A stretch of 61,344 nt of DNA, counting the filler, from Basidiobolus ranarum (Eukaryota), in the NCBI GenBank assembly GCA_040143965.1. It is 10 parts of 10 records of this genome, joined end to end, with 100 filler letters (N's around TTAATTAATTAA, not from the genome) between each part and the next. Parts side by side here need not be neighbours in the genome. Positions count along the whole stretch, not along the records: positions 49,183 to 55,214 come from JASJQH010008307.1; positions 55,315 to 61,344 come from JASJQH010008308.1; 8 more parts are not named here. One strand, given 5' to 3'. The position numbers and the translations under genes were made by a program. Shown here in pieces: positions 53,346 to 61,344 of the stretch. Positions within the stretch are counted from its first letter, which is position 1. Each line of letters opens with the position of its first letter. A model generated the notes under the pieces. The model saw only the letters and a program-made list of their open reading frames with translations. It made no database searches and had not been told where the DNA came from.

Positions 53346-54881
53346 TTATGGAAAGGGCGTACACAAGTCCAGCTTGTGAATCATCTCATCTACCACTGCT
53401 TCTTCAGCATCTGTTCCAAAGTAGTGAGCATTATCGGGACTAGTATCCAGCATGGAGTAAGTCATCTCGAAGGAATTCATGGCGCGAATTCCCTTGGAGC
53501 GAACCAAATCCTCCGCTAAATGATTCCAATTCTTTAGCCTACTGATGGTTCGCCAATCACCCCGCTTCTTTGAATATATATTTTTCATGGAGAAGGCGTG
53601 AATCCCTTGCCATATCAAGCGTAGTGGTCTGTTGTTAGGACGTCGATTCTGTACTCCAGTTAGGAAATCAGTAGCGTTATTCAAGGCGTCCATGTATTCT
53701 TCTGTGGTCCAATGGCCGCCAAATACAGTTCCAGATGCTGGCCAATGAGCAAAGTTAAATACAATGGTATCGTAATTCATTAGGAAAGTATCATCTCTGG
53801 ATACAAAATCTTGCAGAAATACGTCCTTATGATGCCAAAGTACAACATTCCCGATCTTTTTCTTCATATCAAAGAATCTGTTTAACGTTGGTACTCTTTC
53901 AGTGTACCCCTCCAGACGTCTCCACAAATTATCGTACATTACGCGAATTTGCGAGTCTCCAAAGAATAATATGGATCGAGGATTCTCAAAACACTTGGAA
54001 TCTTTCACTCCACGAAATCTATTGGGATATCTGCAGCCTAGTGGCTTCCAGACATATCCAGAGGTGGATATATTTGTAGCCAGATTGGTGTCTGCAGGTA
54101 GCCAAGAACCAGAGGTTGGATTTTCACGATCACACTCTGGGATTTCCTCGCTTACAATTTCTGGGTAGGTGCTATCACTACCGATGGCAAGACATCCTGG
54201 GCAGATTTCTATTCGATGCTGGGTTACTAGTGTTGAGTCAAGATAAGGAGGCCATCTCTGAGATACTTCATTAACTCCGTCATAATCTTTGTATACATGA
54301 ATTATATCCAAGAAGAACTCGCCAGCATTAGAGAATTGATAGGGGAACTTATAGGCGCAATTGCCGTCGTACGTCCATTCATGAATAGAGTATTTCTCTG
54401 CGCCGGTAAAGTTGACATAGAAAGTATCGGGTCCATCTAAGGTGTGGAATAGCTCAGTATATGATGGATTTTTAGATATCTCAATGGCTTTCGCCTGTTT
54501 ACAATAGTTTTCATCGATCCTTTCAATGAAAACATATCCCGAATAACAGCTATTCTTTGATTGGCATGTAGAAATCTGAAAACCGGTAGAGTTGCTTGAT
54601 ACCTCGGTGCAAACATGTTCACCCGCAATGATACCGGAGATTCTTTTTTCTCTAGTACTAGGGCAGCTCAATGTACTTGATAATCCCTCATAGTGAGAAG
54701 TTTTGGAGGAAAAATTGAGGACAGTGAAGGCAAGTATGCTTAGGCAGAATAAACTCAATACAAGACATATTAGGCGAGATCTTCTTTTCAATAATTTTCG
54801 CAAGGGCAAGACCGGTCTGCTTGCCTCTATATCGTCCTCCGAACTTTGAAGCAATTTCTCTGTAAAGCTATCACGAAACAT
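53346..54881 (-). CDS. Type II membrane protein with PC-esterase/SGNH-like domain (NXPE/TBL/Cas1-N-like), 511 aa
   Basis: Basic cytosolic tail plus a single TM (LICLVLSLFCLSILAFTVL) and a Cys-rich stem. Motifs WKPLGC, ILFFGDSQIR (GDS), FNFAHW and SPDNAHY (DxxH). Confidence 0.8.
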   Translation of the reverse strand: MFRDSFTEKLLQSSEDDIEASRPVLPLRKLLKRRSRLICLVLSLFCLSILAFTVLNFSSKTSHYEGLSSTLSCPSTREKRISGIIAGEHVCTEVSSNSTGFQISTCQSKNSCYSGYVFIERIDENYCKQAKAIEISKNPSYTELFHTLDGPDTFYVNFTGAEKYSIHEWTYDGNCAYKFPYQFSNAGEFFLDIIHVYKDYDGVNEVSQRWPPYLDSTLVTQHRIEICPGCLAIGSDSTYPEIVSEEIPECDRENPTSGSWLPADTNLATNISTSGYVWKPLGCRYPNRFRGVKDSKCFENPRSILFFGDSQIRVMYDNLWRRLEGYTERVPTLNRFFDMKKKIGNVVLWHHKDVFLQDFVSRDDTFLMNYDTIVFNFAHWPASGTVFGGHWTTEEYMDALNNATDFLTGVQNRRPNNRPLRLIWQGIHAFSMKNIYSKKRGDWRTISRLKNWNHLAEDLVRSKGIRAMNSFEMTYSMLDTSPDNAHYFGTDAEEAVVDEMIHKLDLCTPFP

Positions 54882-55314
54882 TGTAGAATTACGGAGCTGG
54901 CGGAGATTGATTGGAGAGAGTTGCAGCTATGGCATCAAGATCTAGGCATCGATTTATATCCAAGTTGCGATTTGAGCGGACTCGAACCTTGGAATTGTGG
55001 ATAATGAAGTATGAGACCATATGAGGTATCCGAGAGATCGCATTTGTATTCAGCATGACACAGTACATTTTCCACTGATATATACTTCCACTTCAAATTC
55101 GTTGATATAATTCGAGTTCGAAATCAAACTTTCCCGAAAATAATTTTAAAAAATTTAAATTAAGTTTAAATTAAGATCTAAATCAAATTTTGTTACGAAA
55201 ATAATTTTAAAAAANNNNNNNNNNNNNNNNNNNNNNNNNNNNNNNNNNNNNNNNNNNNTTAATTAATTAANNNNNNNNNNNNNNNNNNNNNNNNNNNNNN
55301 NNNNNNNNNNNNNN

Positions 55315-58300
55315 GTGCTAGGCTTTTGAATGAGAAATTATGGAGATCTAATTCTACGCAAATTAATGCAAGACCAGCATTTTTTGGAGCTGTAAAGCAT
55401 ATAACATAATTCCCTAATTGTGCCCCCAATGGGAAATCAATCAGCTGCAAGTATTGCAAGAAACCAGGCCATCTAATAAAAGATTTAGACAATGGATTTT
55501 GGCCAAAAAGCTGAAATCAGAACAAGCAAGTCAAGTATGCACTGATAGGATTCATCTATCTGTGCCTGACCAATCAGTAACCACTAAAGAAGGCTCATAA
55601 ATGTGGTATATTAATTTAGGAGCTTCCCAGCATGTGTCAAACAAGAAATATTAGTTTTCCAGCTTAAAACCCATTAAAACAAGGAAAGTCTACTTGGGTG
55701 AGAACTGTGCACTAGATGCAGTTGGTAATGGCCCAGTGATGCTCAATTTAGACCAAAATCCAGCTACACCATCTGCAATGATATACACTATGTACCAATT
55801 TATTGCCAAAATCTACTCTCAGTATGCCATGTAGCAACTCAAGGACTAAATTTTGTGTTCAGCAAGGCTGGATGCACTACCACAGATCAGAATAATACCA
55901 TACTAGCTACTGGGATCAAAATTCAAAACCTGTGCAAGCTGGAAATCAACAAACTGCAATAGTGAGCTTGCAAACTTGGCCAAAACTGGTGAAATATACG
56001 GCATAGAAGAAAAGGCCACATAGGGAACAAAAGCTGACCCAAATGATCTAAAATCAGCTTGTTACAGGCTCACAAATTGAGAATATGACTAAGTTGGATC
56101 TGTGTGAAGGTTGCATAGATGGAAAACATCATAGACAGCTGTCTTCAAGCTCTGTAGAAATTAAATCCACTCAAAAATTTGCCCTGATTCTCTGTGACTT
56201 TTGTGGGCCTATGAAAAACATCTCACTAGGTGGGAAAAAGTAACTAATGACCTTTACTGATGACAAAACATGATATAATTGGGTATTCTTTTTCAAATGA
56301 TTATCTGAGGCTTTAGCTACAATCATGCATGACACAGCAATGGTTGAGAAAGAATTAGCACAAGAAAAAATGGTACTAAAGAGTTATAATGGTGGAGAAT
56401 TCTGCTCTAATAATGATGCTAGTCATTGTTCCAAACATAAAATTAAGCAACCAACTACTGTACCTTTTACTCCACAGCAAAATGAGCTTAGAAATTGAAA
56501 ATATCACTAAGTTGGATCTGTGTGAAGGTTGCATGTATGGAAAACATCACAGACAGCCATTTTCAAGCTCTAGAGGGATCAAATCCACTCAGAATTCTAC
56601 CCTGATTCATTCTGACCTATATGGGCCCATGAAAAATGTCTCACCAGGTGGAAAAAGATATTCTATGAACTGTATTGATGACAAAACAAGATGTACTTGT
56701 ATATTCTTTCTCAAATCATAATCTGAAGCTTTGGCTACATTCAGGTGCCAAGAAGCAATAGTAGATACAGAATTGGCACAAGAAATATGGGTACTATGGA
56801 GTGATAATTGTGGAGAATATTGACTTAAAAACTTTGCTAGTTTCTGTTCAAAACAAGAAATCAAGCAACGAACTACTGAACGTTATTCTCTACAGCAAAA
56901 TGGAGTTGCAGAATGTGCTAATATGAGCATAGTGGAGATGGCTAGAACCAGGTTACATGATCAAAAATTAGATTACCAATATTGGGCTGAATCTGTCTCC
57001 ACTGCAGTCTATAGCAAAAACAGATGCCCACCAAGATTGCTACAAGATTCTACCCAATTTGAAGTGCAATATGAATCAAAACCAAGTGTGTGCTCAGGAT
57101 CTTTGGTTGAAGGGCATATTGCCTAATTCCAGCTCAAAATGCTCAAATTTAAAACTCAAAAGTAGAAAATACATACTTCTTGGTTACTGTGATATATCTA
57201 GGGCCTACAGACTTTTGATACTAAAGACAAAAGCTGATTAAGTGCAGAGATGTGAATTTTGATGAAAAAGCAAATATCTCAATTGAAATCACAATTCATG
57301 CTCCAGAAGATACACTCAGCACTATTCAGGGAGTGTCTGACAGAATTTGAGCTGCTTCTGAGCCTCATTGAACTAAAGTTCTGGTCCCAATAACATCAGA
57401 GGATGATTCAGGGCCCAGAATATCATCTAGAAGGAGAAATAAGCCAGTAAACTGGTGGAACACTTCCAATGAAGATGTATATGCTTATGCAGCATTTTAT
57501 GACAAGCCACAGACACCAGATTGAGTTCTGAGTGTCCAGGATCAAAACAATTGGAAAAAGCAATGTCTGGTGAGTTTCCTTCAGTTCAACACAATTAAAC
57601 AGGGGCTTCAAAGTCCTCTACCATCAGGGAGAAAGCCAATAGGTTGCAAAGAGTCTACAAAGTCAAAAACCAACCTGATGGAACCATAGAAAGGTACAAA
57701 GCAAGAAAAGTTGCAAAAGGTTATTTCCAGATTCCCAGAGTTGATTTTTATGAAACTTTTGCTCCAGTAGCCAGGTTTAGCTCCATTACATCAATCCTGG
57801 CAATTTTAGTTGTCCATAAGCTTGATTTATATTATATGGTTGTACAAACAGCCCTCCAAAACTGAAATCTTGAAGAATAGATCTATATAGAGTAACCAGG
57901 TGGATTTGTTGACACAAAACACCTTGATATGGTCTGTAAACTGCAAAAATTGCTATATGGACTTAAGCAAGCACCCAGGGCATGGTACAACAAGATAGAT
58001 ACCTATTTGCAATCACTAGAATTTAAAAAAATGCACAGCAGTTCACAGAATGTAGTCAAAGCAACCAGAAACAGAATCCTTATCTTGGCACTATATGTGG
58101 ATGATTTGAGCATAGCCACAAATGATCTAGAAACACTTAATCAAACAAAAAGCATCTTATGAAACCAATTTCAGAAGACTGATAAGCATGAATTAAGTTA
58201 TTTTCTTGGAATCCAAATCAAGAGACATAATTCCAATTGGAAAATCATGCTATGTCAATCTAGTTACATCCTAGACATTTTGAAACACTTCAACATTGAG

Positions 58301-58600
58301 AATAGCAAGCCTGTATCTACGCCAAGGGATCCCAATGTGAAATTAATCAATGCTATTACTGTATTTGAAGATAATCAAAGTTGTATTTCCTTAGCTAAAA
58401 ACACTGCAATTCATGCTGGAACAAAACATATAGAAATTAGGCATCATTATGTTAGGGAAGCAACAGAGAGTGTTATAATTGAACTTGTCTATTGCCTTGC
58501 TGAAGAAATGGTTGTTGACCTCCTAACCAACCCTTGAGTGCAAGTGCAATTTGAATTATGAAGACATAATTTAGGAGTAAGAGAAATACAAACTAATTAG
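55315..58600 (+). mobile_element. Decayed Ty1/copia internal region, family A (second copy)
   Basis: Gag zinc knuckle CKYCKKPGH, LCEGCMYGKHHRQPF, HSDLYGPM, YKARKVAKGY, LYVDDL, EDNQSCI..TKHIEIRHHYVRE. Colinear with contig 1. Confidence 0.95.
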
Positions 58601-58611
58601 TTGAGTGGGAC

Positions 58612-58950
58612 TGTTGAAATTAGGTAAATAGCAATGCATAATTTAGTAGTGAGTTCATTCATATTGTGATTACTTAGCATTCAATTCTGCCATTCCAAAG
58701 CATGTGTTCATACTCTGAGTGATAGATATATCAAATAGATTACTTTTACCAATTTTTACTATTTTCTCAAAACTCCTCCAAAGTACTTCAAATTTTCACC
58801 CATATTTAACAGGCATGCTTGTTATATTCCAAGAGCATCCAATAGTCCTATTTCATAGTAAGCTTTAATTAGAGCATAGTCAATTCAATGAAACCTAAGT
58901 GTCTAATTCCCAAATCCAAATTTTGACCAAAACACTTCAACAATCTTACT
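58612..58950 (+). repeat. 3' LTR family A (3' end truncated), preceded by polypurine tract TTGAGTGGGAC
   Basis: TGTTGAAATTAGGTAAATAGCAA..., homologous to 5134-5484. Confidence 0.88.
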
Positions 58951-59519
58951 TGGTTCAGATGGGTAAAGATTATTGTTAAGCTCATATCAGTATTGGTGAC
59001 TCTCCTGCCATCAGTAAACTTGAAGGCTTTTTGCAGGCGCAATGCACTATCTTGCTGTAGATTTTGTCAAATTAATGGAGTTTACTCTACCATGCATATG
59101 AATTACTACATTCCAAATCCAACACTAAACTCCATGACTTAACCATCAAGAGCCCAGTCAGATTTCAGCATACTCACTAATATCAATTCACCAAATAGTC
59201 AGTCTAATATCAAACTTGGTATTAGCCATAGGCCTAAGATTATATTGCCAAAGGGATCAGCTGAAGCCAGAGAATTCCATTAAACCCTAAGAAAACACAG
59301 CTGCTGTACAAAGATTTTGTCATTGCATGTGAAAAACTTAATTACAGGTTTAAACAAGATACACTGAAGCTATGCTGGTATTCAATACTTTCCCTGCTAC
59401 ATCTTTCACAATGCTTAGAGCTTATTGGATCTAGCTATACATTCTGAGAGTTCCCAATGGAGTGCATGTGCAGTGAATTGATGCTCTGTGTGAAATTGTC
59501 ACTAATACCATATGCTACT

Positions 59520-60010
59520 CTGATTAATGATGGACTTGTTCCATTGTGCCAGGATTTATTGAACCTTGGATCAATATATTAGAGTAAATGTGATTGAAAT
59601 TGATTGTGCCAGAGGGTGATGGATAGTGCCAAATTGTGCTGCATAAATTTTAGAAAACTTTTTCCAATATAATATATACCCCACAATCTGGCACTATCAC
59701 AGGGAACAAGTCCTATGTATCAGCATAATCAGTGATGGATGTAATGCAATGGGTTAACATGACTCTGGAGTATATTGACCTTCCAGAAAAGGGCCCTTTT
59801 GAATGTGTTTATAGGTCTTTGCATGAATTGAGCACAATGACAGCAACAAACCCCAATCCTAGGAATCAGACTATGTATCTCTATAATTTGGATTAATTTG
59901 TTGGCTTGATAACCTGACTATATTTCTAGGAAAGCTGCTAGACAGACTTATTGGTGTGATAGATTGTGACATGCAGCACCATTGTTTTAGCTATGGAGTA
60001 GTGTATTCAA
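59520..60010 (+). repeat. Fragments of the CACTA-like element's subterminal region
   Basis: 59935-60005 is the reverse complement of ~6310-6385. Shared motifs GATAGTGCCA.ATTGT and GGAACAAGTC. Confidence 0.65.
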
Positions 60011-60699
60011 GCAATAACACATCTACTTGTTGCCAACCGTTTGTTGACTGCAAGTTGGGGACATTTTAGCTAATTTCTTTAGGTAAATTTTGCAAAAAAT
60101 CAAAGAACTTATTCTCATTGTGAGCAGTAACAGGAGTCAGCTATATGCCCAGTGTCAGTGCTGTTCAAAATCTCAGATACTTACCAATATTTCCACTGCT
60201 AGTTTTCTGGAAAAGCTATTGGTGTTGTTGAGTCATACTTGATCAGTCAAGTATGTGTTTATGTAGAGACTAAACACCACAAGGTTCTTGTATTTTTTGA
60301 TTCTGATTATGGCCGGAATACAAAGCCTAAAATATCTGAATGAAAGCATGCATATGAATTCACAATATTACAGCAGTAAACCCGGTAATTTGCCCTTTGT
60401 AAATAATTTTTTTGCAAAAATTGTTGGATATTAAAAAATACATGTCAAATGTGAGGATCAATATTCTACTATGTATGAGTATCATCAAAATACCATCCAG
60501 AGGCTGCCATCTTACCTTCTTAATCCCTGGCAGAATGCAAGCCACTAACATTGTAACAGTCTTCTGACAGTTTTGCAATACCAATGTGGATTCAATCCAG
60601 ATCAAATTGATTTCATTTTTGGTAGTGCTACATATAGGTGAATTATATATCATATGGATGTTAAAACTGCTTTTGAGTCAAGAGTTGGCTTAGGCAATT

Positions 60700-61260
60700 T
60701 GCATGCACCAGCCAGAAGAGTTTGTACAGGTGGAAAAGCTTAAAAATGCTTGCATTGAGATCCATTGGCACTAATGCAGGCTTGCTTTTCTCCATCTGGA
60801 AGTGTATTAGAATGTCTAGGACATATCTAAACTGATTCAGCATGATTTTCTGGGTGGGCATATTACTCTTGATTTGGATTCCCAGAAAATGACTTAATCC
60901 ACCAATATCAATGATCTGAGATTGGTTGGATAAGCTGCTTTTTGTCTCAATAAGTACTTCTACATCATTTGTAACTATGATCAAGTCATCCACATATAGT
61001 GCTAAGATAGGATCCTATTGCCAGTTGTTTTGATGTAAATACTGTGATCTGCTGTGCATTTTTAGAACACCAGTGATTCCAAATAAGTATCTATCTTGTT
61101 GTACCGTGTGCTGGGTGCTTGATTAAGTCCATACAGCAAATTTTGCAGCTTACAGTCCATATTTGGGTATATCAGCTCAACAAATCCATATGGTAGCCCA
61201 TATAGGTCTCTTCTTCTAGATTTCCAATTGGACAAGCTTTCCTTACCTCCATTTGATGTA
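60700..61260 (-). mobile_element. Copia RT fragment (family A-like), opposite orientation
   Basis: CKLQNLLYGLNQAP, LYVDDLIIVTND, FLGIQIK, MLNQFRYVLDIL. Confidence 0.88.
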
Positions 61261-61344
61261 AATCAAGCCAGAATATGAGTATTTTAAGCATAGATCCACA
61301 GTACCTTTCAAATATCTGAAAATCCACTTAACTGCTATGATTTG

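Noticed and set aside
54978-54988. Perfect Pol III B-box GGTTCGAGTCC on the minus strand
   Set aside because: No T-stem pairing, A-box or cloverleaf around it; cannot call a tRNA or SINE.
55120-55214. AT-rich ~61-bp tandem repeat (CGAAAATAATTTTAAAAAA twice)
   Set aside because: Only about two units at a contig edge; not CRISPR-like. Probably the start of a repeat that broke the assembly.

Overview
The window is not one continuous locus. It is ten ~6.03-6.06 kb contigs in strictly decreasing length order, joined by 100-nt linkers (44 N + TTAATTAATTAA + 44 N), so gene neighbourhoods only mean something within a contig. The sequence is eukaryotic and fungal: short spliceosomal introns and fungal-type housekeeping genes. 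An early-diverging lineage such as Basidiobolus-like Zoopagomycota or Mucoromycota is likely, but that is inference. Contigs 1, 2 and 10 are decayed, strongly CpG-depleted transposon DNA: Ty1/copia elements and a CACTA/En-Spm tnp2 relic; three LTR families are scattered across contigs 1, 2, 5, 9 and 10. Recognisable genes are an M14 zinc carboxypeptidase, GAPDH (3' part), a Cdc25/rhodanese phosphatase, a class II DAHP synthase (one GC-AG intron), DDI1 (3' part), SFT2 (5' part), GPN2, CEF1/CDC5L (3' part) and a PC-esterase/SGNH-type membrane protein. Two things stand out. First, an intronless bacterial-type CHAP peptidoglycan-hydrolase domain carrying a signal peptide, N-glycosylation sequons and a GPI-like tail, with an unannotated decayed tandem paralog beside it and a possible LysM relic nearby. 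Second, a >2000-codon ORF filling an entire contig, built from ~40-aa helical units grouped into a ~165-aa higher-order repeat.
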